Shown: positions 26,991 through 37,066, numbered from the whole stretch's first letter. The stretch: DNA of 63,562 bases, filler included, from Octopus bimaculoides (GCF_001194135.2; 4 parts of 4 records of this genome joined end to end with filler, not necessarily neighbours in it); one strand, 5' to 3'. The notes: a model not told the origin generated them from the sequence alone. Numbers and translations are program-made.

Positions 26991-27052
26991 GAAACAGCCA
27001 ACTCACAGATGTTGAATTTATTCCAGCATGGATCAAAATGATGAACTCTTAA
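26991..27052 (+). CDS. Secreted EF-hand protein, terminal exon
   Basis: ttttcattacag|GA AAC AGC...TCT TAA completes the loop DEDGNSQLTDVE, followed by FIPAWIKMMNS*. Confidence 0.88.
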
Positions 27053-27098
27053 AGCACCGTTGACCTGATACGATTGATTCATTGATAAGCAGTTTAGA

Positions 27099-27104
27099 AA
27101 TAAA
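27099..27104 (+). other. Candidate poly(A) signal of EF-hand gene
   Basis: AATAAA 47 nt after the stop codon. Confidence 0.4.
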
Positions 27105-27186
27105 AAATCATAATAGATATAAAACAAACAAATGTTACTATTATTGTTATAATTGTTACTGTTACTTCTAGAAATTATTATCACCA

Positions 27187-27205
27187 TATTCTATTATTTT
27201 TATTA

Positions 27206-27237
<32 letters not shown>

Positions 27238-27248
27238 GTTATTATTAA

Positions 27249-27300
<52 letters not shown>

Positions 27301-27330
27301 GTTATTATTATTATTATTACTATTATCATT
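27187..27330 (+). repeat. (ATT)n microsatellite
   Basis: Direct reading; abuts an R4-type 3' end. Confidence 0.95.
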
Positions 27331-27420
27331 ATATGTTTAAATGTTGCTTTGTATTTGTACAAGTTGACTCCAAGTCTCACCCAGAGACCTCAAGAGATAA
27401 CAAGGTAGAAGTTCAAGTTA
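27330..27420 (-). mobile_element. R4/Dong-type 3' UTR end
   Basis: tttgtacaagttgactccaagtctcacccagagacctcaagagataacaag is the reverse complement of the 3' end at 53710-53795. Confidence 0.7.
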
Positions 27421-27630
27421 GTATTATTGAATGTGAGAGCAGTGCATGCCATCAAAGGGACATTGGGGAAAAATATACGCATGCATCACAGCCATTCGTA
27501 CGCGACTTAGTGATTTCATATCAACATAAACAGCGCATGACGTTGCAGATCGGACCCACTTAGAATTTTCTTCAGATCCAGAAGCCTATCCCACTCTAGC
27601 GGTCACTGAATAAGGGTTATTTAAGGATGA
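27420..27630 (-). repeat. Interspersed repeat family D
   Basis: Reverse-complement similarity to 54170-54405. Confidence 0.55.
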
Positions 27631-27649
27631 TGAACGAAACGCCCATGTT

Positions 27650-27768
27650 TCTTCTTCTTCTTCTTCTTCTTCTTCTTCTTCTTCTTCTTCTTCTTCTTCT
27701 TCTTCTTCTTCTTCTTCTTCTTCTTCTTCTTCTTCTTCTTCTTCTTCTTCTTCTTCTTCTTCTTCTTC

Positions 27769-27831
<63 letters not shown>

Positions 27832-27858
27832 TTGTTATTATTATTATTATTATTATAT
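27650..27858 (+). repeat. Compound microsatellite (CTT)n(CTA)n(TTA)n
   Basis: Direct reading; explains the poly-K/L/T ORFs. Confidence 0.97.
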
Positions 27859-29390
27859 TTGACGCTTGTTTTAAATTTGTACAAGTTGGTTTTGCACAAA
27901 GTATTGTTCTAGAGAATATTTAAGGAAACAAAAAAATTATAAGTTTGTTTTAAAATTTGAAATTACAGAGACAGTATTTTATGTAGGATATGGACAGCTC
28001 CCATCAGTACTATTTTTTAAAAATTTCTACCATTATTGGATTTCCTTGTATCTGAGCTAGGTAGCAATCAACTTCTTTTACTATCATTCCTTGATCACCT
28101 ATGACGACAGGTGTTGTTCTAGTCTTCAGGTTCCACATTTGCCAATTTCTATTTCAAGATTATTACACTTGCTCAGTTTTTGGTAGGTCTTGACAGATAC
28201 ATTTATATCGATTGGAACAGTCATATCGACGAGGAAGCATGATTTTCGACTGAAGACTTTCCATATAATATCTGGCCTATTCACATCTTTCTTTCTGTCA
28301 GTTTCAACGGTGAAGTTCCAAAAGAATAATATATGGCCATTATAAAGCACTGGAAATGACTTGTGTTCCCACCAGTTTTTATGATGCGGCAGATCCAAAT
28401 TTTTGCAAATTACCAGTGAATATACTGTGCTGCTCTATCATGCTTGTTGAGATACTCTGTAGGCGCAAGAAGACTGCACACTGAGATGACATGATCGACA
28501 ATTTCATTTCTTTTGATGGAGCAGACTGGTATTTTGCCTATCTTCCTGTAAAAATGTTTGGCATCATTTTTGAACATATTGTCCTTGCAGTATATAACGC
28601 GCTTTCCATACCGTGCTATGCGGGCGGATTTAGCAGGTTTGATAGTTTCTATGGTAGCAACGATGTAAATTATGGTTTTCATATTATACTTTTTCCTTAA
28701 TTTTCGGATTTTTGTTGCTTCAATATTCTTGTCAGACAAGGTTTTTTAAACATTCTATACCAGACCTAAGTAACTGAATTTTGCATTGAATACGCTTTTG
28801 ACAAATATCAGTTTTGTGGAAATGTTTTCGCTTTCTAATCTTTTCACCACGAATGCAAAGTACAGGTGATTGAGATCTCTAATTATATTCTTAAGTGCAA
28901 GGCGGGTTTACCAATTATTTTCAGGTTATGGTTAGAGCTGCGAATTTTTGGAGGAGTGTCACGCTTTTTCATACTTGTTTCTTTAATTTTCAGCCATTCA
29001 AACATGATTTGATCTTTTTAGATCATCTAGTTGAGTTGGGTAAATTTCTGTGGGACTTTTTTCATCTATTTGGTTTTAATCTGCCGTCCATGTTATCCAG
29101 CGCAGTGCTCTTCCTATTCAGCGCGGAGCTCTTCTTATTCAGTGTGTAAAACTCACAGCTTATTTTGCTGGGTATGATGGAAAGCATCAGCTGTCCACAG
29201 CCAGCAGACTAAGGTGACACTTGGTGACTGGTCATGCTTTATGAACCCTGCGAAGAATTTTTGCAGCTCCAAGCAATGCTGATTTTTGTAGCTGTTCTAC
29301 CTTCACACTTGCACCAATCTTTTTCAGCCATGTTCGCAGTAGAGACCTGATACTACCAAGTGCACAGATTACTAATATTATCATGTCTGC
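27858..29390 (-). mobile_element. R4/Dong-type element lacking the RT domain
   Basis: Pre-RT segment DNMFKNDAKHFYRKIGK is joined directly near 28530 to the zinc-knuckle region VDHVISVCSLLAPTEYLNKHDRAAQYIHW, followed by the restriction-like endonuclease NRPDII..FLVDMTVP..KYQKL. Confidence 0.75.
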
Positions 29391-29745
29391 ATTATTATTA
29401 TTATTATTATTGTTCAGTAGTTTTATTTTTATAACGTGCTTTCATTTCACTACCGAGCATAGCTCTGTGCGCCTTGGGTATGTGCTGTGGTTTGCTGTGG
29501 TGCTCTTATGTTTACTGTATTGAAAGTGTTTTCCGTAGAATGTGTGCAGTACCCAGTAATGCAATTTTCTGTATGTTATATATATTTGTAAGTCCTGGTG
29601 TTTTTGTTATGCATTTGTCTGAATAATTTTTTATTATACCTAAGGCACCTATTATGATAGGAATTGTTTCTGTTTTTAGATTCCACATTCGAGTTATCTC
29701 TATTTCCAGGTCTTTGTATTTTGAAAGTTTTTCCATTTCTTTTAG
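29390..29745 (-). mobile_element. R4/Dong-type 3' end (endonuclease C-terminus plus 3' UTR plus TAA tail)
   Basis: EKLSKYKDLEIEITRMWNLKTETIPIIIGALG...LGTAHILRKTL; near-identical to 52203-52490. Confidence 0.88.
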
Positions 29746-29845
29746 NNNNNNNNNNNNNNNNNNNNNNNNNNNNNNNNNNNNNNNNNNNNTTAATTAATTA
29801 ANNNNNNNNNNNNNNNNNNNNNNNNNNNNNNNNNNNNNNNNNNNN
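29746..29845. other. Scaffold-join gap with artificial TTAATTAATTAA linker
   Basis: 44 N + ttaattaattaa (29790-29801) + 44 N; the same pattern occurs at 59680 and 61776. Confidence 0.9.
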
Positions 29846-29940
<95 letters not shown>

Positions 29941-30004
29941 ATAAGATTAAGAAAATAGAGAGATAATTAATAAATTATTTATTAATTAAAAAATTGACAA
30001 ACAT

Positions 30005-30090
30005 CTCTTACAGCTGTTTCAATTCAAGACATTCAGAAAATTAATTAATGAAATTGAAAATTATTTGTAAGTCAAATCTCATCAGAGGTA
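30005..30090 (-). ncRNA. Hammerhead-ribozyme-like motif in a Penelope-type end (decayed)
   Basis: Minus strand: ct-CTGATGA-(AT-rich stem II)-GAAA-CAGCTG-TA-ag; stem I is weak. Confidence 0.45.
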
Positions 30091-30228
30091 GTTTAAGATA
30101 TACAAAATATATACAATCTTACAGTTGAATATTAACTGTAATGTTCAACATTCTTTGTATAGGTAACTAACCAGTACTTTCATAAGATTTTGCTATCCTT
30201 TAATGAGGTTTGTAACCCTTATATGAAC

Positions 30229-30260
<32 letters not shown>

Positions 30261-30280
30261 CATACATATATATATGTGTG

Positions 30281-30312
<32 letters not shown>

Positions 30313-30411
30313 ATTAAATATTAGGATAAAGACTTTATAAGAATTTATCAAGTAGTTAGCATGAAAAAAACCCATAAGGGAAAAAAACCATCATTTTTTC
30401 CCTATAAATAT

Positions 30412-30658
30412 ATTTAATTTATATAAGGGCATTATTATACAATAATGCCTCACGCTAAGAGGGACTCTAGAAGTCAAACTACTATAATAAGCACATTTTT
30501 ACCGATCGCGAGGGAATGCAACTCTCAAAGCTAACCTCCTTTTGAGAGTTGCATTCCCTCGCAATCGGTAAAAATGTGCTTATTATAGTAGTTTGACTTC
30601 TGGAGTCCCTCTTAGCGTGAGGCGTTATTGTATAATAATGCCCTTATATAAATTAAAT
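30412..30658. repeat. Near-perfect hairpin, 118-bp arms, 11-nt loop
   Basis: 30412-30529 versus 30541-30658 with 3 mismatches; loop gctaacctcct. Confidence 0.95.
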
Positions 30659-30973
30659 TATATATATATATATAACTCTTTAACCTGTTTCAACTTTAAA
30701 GCTGTATTCATGCGGAGACATCAGTGTTAGTATTAATTGTCACTCCACCACATATATATTATTGTATGTGAAAGGATAAGTGGCATTTAGGTAAAACTAT
30801 TTGCAACAATTCAAATACCTAAATTTTAAATAACTTTTGGTTAAAATGATTCTGCTCGTATATTTTGCTTTGATTTAACAAATACTAAATATTATGATTT
30901 ATTCCAAACAAATTTTTTTCTATTAATAATGGCTCTCTTTTGTTGTTTTTGCCCCCTTTTTTATTTTGTTTAG

Positions 30974-31844
30974 ATATTTCGGTATTTTGTGAGAATTAAG
31001 GTGATATCTGAACAGATCAACTCAGTCACTTACTCCTCCATTGGTTCATCTCCAAACTTACGTCCTATGGAAGGAGGCAATAATATCTACACAGGCTCAC
31101 CAGATTCTCCTCATTTTTCTCGTCGAATTTCCCGTCTCTCTGATGTAGATGACATAAAACGTGACCTCAGTAATATAACCGATGACTCTAATGACGACAG
31201 CTACCCACTGGCTCATATCAACACTGTTTTCTCTTCACCTTCAAACAGCATTGATTCTGGCTTCCAGTCTCCTTCCATTGAGTGCTTATCGTTATCTTTT
31301 TCTCCAGACATTTCTCTCTCCTCAAACCATACTTCATCTTCTCAAAGGAAAGATTATCACAAATCAACAATAAATGGCACTCAATATCCAAAACAGGAGC
31401 TTGATATTAATTTCGCTTCACCAGAGGGAAATGTCTCTTCTTGGACTACAAAGACTCCGTCTACTTCATTTATTGAACTCTCGCTTAACGATTCCAGTTC
31501 CTGGAAGAACAACGTTGTCCCATTGGCTGACCCTACTCCAATGCAATGTTCAACTCCCCTATTACCACGTAACTTGAAAATCTTAGCAACCCCTCCAATC
31601 ACAAGCTGTTCAACAAACAATGTGGAATTTATTTTAAATTCTCAAAGCTTCCAGTTATCTTCATTGTCCTCTTCTACAACTTCTACAACCAATTCTGTTG
31701 GATTGCCACTTTCCAAACCAAAGGAACTTGTAATAGAAATTCTAAAACCTGTTTCCTTCTCTGAGGCTCAAATATCACCACTTGCTCCCACTGCCCCATC
31801 TTTCCAGCCTGCTACATTGAATAACCAATCTAAAACCCAGACTA
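30974..31844 (+). CDS. foxM: FoxM-like factor, first identified exon (Ser/Thr/Pro-rich N-terminus; first ATG at 31067)
   Basis: Acceptor ttgtttag| at 30973 (alternative aacag| at 31015); open for about 290 codons; donor ACT A|gtaagt; phase 1 matches the next exon. Confidence 0.8.
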
Positions 31845-31914
31845 GTAAGTACTTTATAGATATTTTTCAACAGTTTTAATTTATTATATAAATATTTAAA
31901 GTTGAATTATTAAA

Positions 31915-32210
31915 TAGATTTGCCAGTACCGCTGGACTGGCTTCTGTGCAGGTGGCACGTAAAATACACCATTTTGAGCGTGGCCGTTGCCAGTACCGCC
32001 TGACTGGCCTTCGTGCCGGTGGCACGTAAAAGCACCCACTACACTCTCGGAGTGGTTGGCATTAGGAAGGGCATCCAGCTGTAGAAACTTTGCCAAATCA
32101 GATTGGAACCTGGTGTAGCCACCTGGTCCACCAGTCCTCAGTCAAATCGTCCAACCCATGCTAGCATGGAAAGCGGACGTTAAATGATGATGATGATGAT
32201 GATGATGATT
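31915..32210 (+). mobile_element. RTE-tailed SINE-like repeat family C
   Basis: Internal tandem gccagtaccg..ggtggcacgtaaaa units; 3' end ccaacccatgctagcatggaaagcggacgttaaa(tga)n. Confidence 0.8.
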
Positions 32211-32568
32211 ATATTGAAATTAAATTCATTATATTAATTGATTGATAACATTATATATAGACACATAGTGCTAAAATAAACTAAAAACATAAAAGTGTTG
32301 TATTCTAATTCTGCCACCAAGGAGTTTATATATTAGTTGTATTAATCAGCTAACTTCAGATAAAAAATAAGTCTTATTCTTATTTCATTGCATTAAAATA
32401 AGTATTAACCACTTAAGCAATTTATCATAAAACTTTCATTTCATATTAGCATGAGAAAATGGATTTAAAAATGTGAAATTAAAATGAAATAGATCCAGAT
32501 AAAGATCTTATAATATTATCTTCATCTTACATTCTACTATATAATATATATATAACTTTACTTGATAG

Positions 32569-32615
32569 AACCTGGAGAAAAACTGACCCAGACTGAAAAG
32601 ACATCAAATCCACAG
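32569..32615 (+). CDS. foxM: FoxM-like exon 2
   Basis: cttgatag|AA CCT GGA...CCA CAG|gttagt; 47 nt; phase 1 to phase 0 bridges the neighbouring exons. Confidence 0.7.
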
Positions 32616-33229
32616 GTTAGTACTTTGTTTATCTTCTGTATGTGAATGAAAATGACGTATAAGATTACCATCTAAGAAGTCCTTAATCCATAACTTGAAG
32701 GGGTGGCATGGACCTTGTTGTTTAACTCCAGGGCAGCCCTGATTGAGAAGACTTATGATCAGCAGTATTCCAGTAGTGTCTACAAGTCTTATTTTTGTGA
32801 CATAGTTTATGTAAGACTACATTAGCAAATATATTGCTTATCATATCAATAGGTTGGGTGTAACTTGAGGGAGATTTGGCTGCCATTTCTAGCATGTCAA
32901 CTAACTGTTAAGAAAAGAGTCTGTTGAACTTCAAAATGACACATTTAATTCTCTATCTGAAGTTTTGTTTAACCACAGGTCAAAACTGAACTGAGAAGAC
33001 CTCTGATGTGGTATGTTCTACTCAGCCATGACCACACCATCTTTATACTTGATCATAATTATTTATGATTACATAATCTAATGTACCCTCTCTTTTTTTA
33101 AGTTGATAATGGAAATTTGGCTTCTATTTCTAGCAGACTGTGTGACCACATGAGGGATCCCTAAATTAATGAGGGATCCCTTCATTAATTTAGTTTATCA
33201 ACTCAAGAAAAGGTGCCAGTCCTAATGGC

Positions 33230-33334
33230 TATGCTGGGGTTATAGTAGAAAGCACTTGCCCAAGATACCATGTAGCAGGACTGGACCTGAAACCACAAGG
33301 TTGAAAAGCAAGCTTCTTAGCCACACAGCCATGT
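33230..33334 (-). mobile_element. SINE family A head
   Basis: Reverse complement of atggctgtgtggctaagaagcttgc...cttgggcaagtgc. Confidence 0.65.
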
Positions 33335-33392
33335 AGATTTTTAATTTCATTTGACTCAAATGTTTTTGTTACTTGTTTTATTGAATATTTGC

Positions 33393-33437
<45 letters not shown>

Positions 33438-33460
33438 TTTATTTTTTTATTTTTTTGTAG

Positions 33461-33628
33461 ACTTTGGGTAGCAGCCAGTTCAACAAGCGACCTCCGTTCT
33501 CTTATGTGAAGTTAATAGAAAATGCACTTAACAGTCGTCATGATAAACGCATGACCTTAAAAGAAATCTACCGATGGATTGAAACCAACTATCCTTATTA
33601 CAGCAACACTACAAAGCTTGGATGGAAG
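33461..33628 (+). CDS. foxM: FoxM-like exon 3 (forkhead helices 1-2)
   Basis: ttttttgtag|ACT...; KRPPFSYVKLIENALNSRHDKRMTLKEIYRWIETNYPYYSNTTKLGWK|gtttgt. Confidence 0.95.
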
Positions 33629-33954
33629 GTTTGTTCCCCTTTGCCATGTGGAAACTGTATATTTTAGGCTATATTGTTATGTTGAGTATATCCTTAGATT
33701 ATTTGCTAAAATTCTATGTAAAGACAGATGTAAGCACCTTTTCTGTATGTAGAGTATTTATGAAATGTATCTTTGTGTATGGAAAAAGGTGCAGTTGACT
33801 GAATTAGTTTCAGTCCTATGTTGGGATTTTATCAGTAAATATGCATTCACTTTAACTATCCACAGACACTTCTTTTAAACCTACTATCACATTGGACTTG
33901 AGTAAATTATATTTAAAGCATTCTTGGCAGCTAGTTTCATTAATAAATTATCAT

Positions 33955-34170
33955 CCTCATCCTCATCATCACTTAACATCTGTTTTCCATGCTGGCATGG
34001 GTTGGATGCTTTGACAGGAGCTGACCTGCTGAAGGGCTGTTCAGGCTCCATGTCTGTTTTGGCATGGTTTCTATGGCTGGATGCCCTTCTTAATGCCAGC
34101 CACTTTACAGAATGTGCTGGGTGCTTTTATGCAACACCAGCATGGGTGCTTTTTATATGCACCAGCAACT
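33955..34170 (-). mobile_element. Repeat family C
   Basis: tcatcatcacttaacatctgttttccatgctggcatgggttggatg...tggctggatgcccttcttaatgcc. Confidence 0.7.
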
Positions 34171-34387
34171 ATGAGCCTGCAAGATTAACGATGCTCAGCT
34201 GAAATTCGTCTGTAGAAAATCTGCCTCAACAGATTCCATCCAACCTGTGCAAGTATGGAAACATGGACATTAAAAGAATGATGATGACAATGATATATAA
34301 AAGGATTAAATCCTGTAAACACAGTATGTTTTCTTTGCAGATTATATTATTCAACCTGTGTAGTTCCACTTAATGTGACATAATATT

Positions 34388-34615
34388 TTATTTCTTTAAT
34401 GCCCACAGAGGGCTAAACATAGAAGGGGACAAACAAGGACAGACACAGGGATTAAGTCGATTACATCGACCCCAGTGCGTACTTAATTTATCGACCCCAA
34501 AAGGATGAAAGGCAAAGTTGACCTCAGTGGAATTTGAACTCAGAATGTAACGGCAGACGAAATACCGCTAAGCATTTCGCCCAGTGTGCTAACAATTCTA
34601 CCAACTCGCCGCCTT
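34388..34615 (-). mobile_element. SINE family B, near full length
   Basis: Reverse complement of the head ggcggcgagttggtagaattgttagcac through the tail gggcattaaagaaat. Confidence 0.85.
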
Positions 34616-34734
34616 CATGTGACATAATATTTGTCCTTGGATAGCAACTGTTATTTCCTATTTGCTTACCTTTAGAAAGTATGAAAAATGGCTAATATTT
34701 CCTTCAAACTTTGCTTCTGTTACATTTATTCAAA

Positions 34735-34875
34735 ACCCAAAGAATCCCTTTCAGTACATGGCTATGATGCTCTCCAACTACTCCTACTCATGACCAGAGA
34801 CGCACATATTGTCAGCCACTTAGAGTTAGGGTCAAGCAACTGACAATCAAATCTGTGGTTTTGAGTAGAATATTA
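34735..34875 (-). repeat. Interspersed repeat family D fragment
   Basis: Reverse-complement similarity to 53975-54120. Confidence 0.55.
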
Positions 34876-35592
34876 GATATAATGATATTTCTGCTTCAGC
34901 AACTCAGTGCTGAATCTATCTGAAATGTATTGGAAAATAAGTCCGTTTCAAAACATTGATGTCCAAGTAACAAAAGCAAACTTGAAGGGAATTGTAGTCA
35001 TTTCCTTTTATTTCTAGATAGAAGCAAATAGGAAATGACACTAAAAAAAAAAAAAAAAAATCTGTTACACAGTGTAATGATTGTCAAGAAATGCTTCCTT
35101 GTTCATTTGTTCAGTCATTTATTGTTCAGTAATGGCTTAAAGCATGGGTACACTGGGCAGTTGTCCAGAGCCTTCACGAACCAAATCTGTTCTACATATA
35201 CTGTGGCTTGCAACCAATAAATAAATACTGTAGGGTCCAGCACATTCATTTGGCATGGACCTATAACATTGCTAAGATGGCCCTGCTTCTGTCTATTACT
35301 CTTGCTTCTATAATCAACTCTGGAAGAATGGAAGACAAAGTGGGTGCTGATAGGCTTTCAAATATTCAGTATAAAGGGACATAACTACGTGCTGCTAAGT
35401 CCTCGCTTCAATGCTTTAACTAGATTTTTGTAGTTGCAATTAGTTGAAATTTTGTTTCTCTGTGTATGTTTTTGTATAGTCATTATTATGATACCTTAGC
35501 TATTTTACTTGAAATTGAGTCAACAGAACACTCAGCTATTTGTTGTTCAGTAGTTTATTTTAATTTAACTTTATCATTTTTTAATTTTATAG

Positions 35593-35727
35593 AATTCAAT
35601 TCGCCATGATTTATCTACCAACAAATGTTTCGTTCGAGAACCAACTCGTTACTATGGTTCTCACTGGAAATTGGTTTCAACTGTTAAAGACACGGTTTCG
35701 TCATCATCGTCATTGTTGTCGTCGTCG

Positions 35728-35763
<36 letters not shown>

Positions 35764-35848
35764 ACGGTATCAACAACAACTTCGTTGTCATTATCATCAT
35801 CAGTGTTAACATCATATTCATCACCCTCATTATCATCTGTTGCCACAA
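35593..35848 (+). CDS. foxM: FoxM-like exon 4 (recognition helix, wing, poly-Ser)
   Basis: ttttatag|AAT TCA ATT CGC CAT GAT...; NSIRHDLSTNKCFVREPTRYYGSHWKL then a poly-Ser tract; donor ACA A|gtaagt. Confidence 0.92.
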
Positions 35849-35940
35849 GTAAGTCTTTTTCTCAGCAACTTAGAATTGAATCTATGGATTGTGTCATTTG
35901 TGAAATCTGTCTTAGAAATGTTAATTTATTTAGATGTTTC

Positions 35941-36027
<87 letters not shown>

Positions 36028-36139
36028 TCACACACTTTATTTCTTTCTCACACACACATACGTACATACATATCATACCAAGGTACTGTAAATAAAGATA
36101 GAGTGACCCTAGAATATTACACCAGACTAAGAAAAATAT

Positions 36140-36540
36140 GGCAGTCTGAACTCTCCTCTTACAACTAGACAATATCCAACAGTGCAGTTACAGTTCCAGT
36201 GCTCATTCCATACTCAACTAGTCTGTAGAAGAAATCCACTCTATAGACATTAAAGCCCATAAGATTCTAACATAAACTGCAAATCTCCACAAAAATAATG
36301 ATATCAACCAGCTCTACCTAAGAAGAAATAAAGGAAGTAGGGGGTTGAGATCATTGCAGACAGCCTTTGAATGTCACAGTCTGTCTCAGATAGCACTTGC
36401 TAAACAACAGCAGCAAAAATAAAAAACGTTAACTTAGTGCTGAGAAGTGAAGAAAACAGTATCCTATATGCTGGAAGTGAGCATCTCAGAAAGTACTCTC
36501 TTCCTGATACAACCCCAAATCAGCCAGATTGCTGGAGGTG
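36140..36540 (+). mobile_element. R4-type post-RT fragment
   Basis: LHKNNDINQLYLRRNKGSRGL resembles the conserved H.K.DI.RLY..R..GGRGL region. Confidence 0.6.
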
Positions 36541-36859
36541 AAACTCTCTGTATACCAAAAAAAAAAAGACCATGTTTAGGTAGGTTTCTCATAGAATTGA
36601 AGAAGATAGTAAAATTGACATGAAGCGAAGCCTCTCTTGGACTTGTGGCTGCTAAATCACATCACACTTCAAAGGCATTCAATATCTAGACATCTCAAAC
36701 AAAGAATTAAAATGGATTTTCTTCTAGTTGGTTTGCTATATTTATTATTGCAATCGTTAATTTTCTTTCAGGTTTTCCTTTCAATTTTAACAATTATATG
36801 AATTTTCTATTTTGGATATGTGGCAATTCAGTTAATTAGTTATAAAAATATTTATAAAT

Positions 36860-36949
36860 TAGTTCTATGCTGTCAACTTAATGTGACAGTCCCATGAAGG
36901 GAATAATACTACTGCTATTAACTCACATTAAGTTGACAGCATACAACTA
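36860..36949. repeat. 90-nt hairpin with 27-bp arms
   Basis: tagttctatgctgtcaacttaatgtga / tcacattaagttgacagcatacaacta, with 1 mismatch. Confidence 0.85.
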
Positions 36950-37066
36950 CTTTATCGCATCACTACTGCATAAATCTCTCTGGGAGATTTAGAAATGTAT
37001 TATTTCTATATTTATAAATGTTTATTGCTTTCCTTAACCAATTTTCTCCTCATTCAAATGTTTCAG

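Noticed and set aside
27621-27923. Poly-K and poly-L/T ORFs
   Set aside because: Translations of the (CTT)(CTA)(TTA) microsatellite.
29790-29801. TTAATTAATTAA as a biological motif
   Set aside because: It occurs only centred in 100-bp N gaps, so it is an assembly linker.
31915-32030. Repeat-spacer-like gccagtaccg units as a CRISPR array
   Set aside because: These are internal tandem units of a eukaryotic dispersed repeat, with no unique spacers and no cas genes.
32979-33010. Possible 32-nt cassette exon in FoxM intron 2 (cacag|...gtg|gtatgt)
   Set aside because: It would frameshift, the flanking exons already join in phase, and the sequence looks repeat-derived.
35661-35846. Minus-strand poly-Asp ORF and + strand poly-His ORF (35606-35809)
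   Set aside because: Shadow frames of the FoxM poly-Ser exon.
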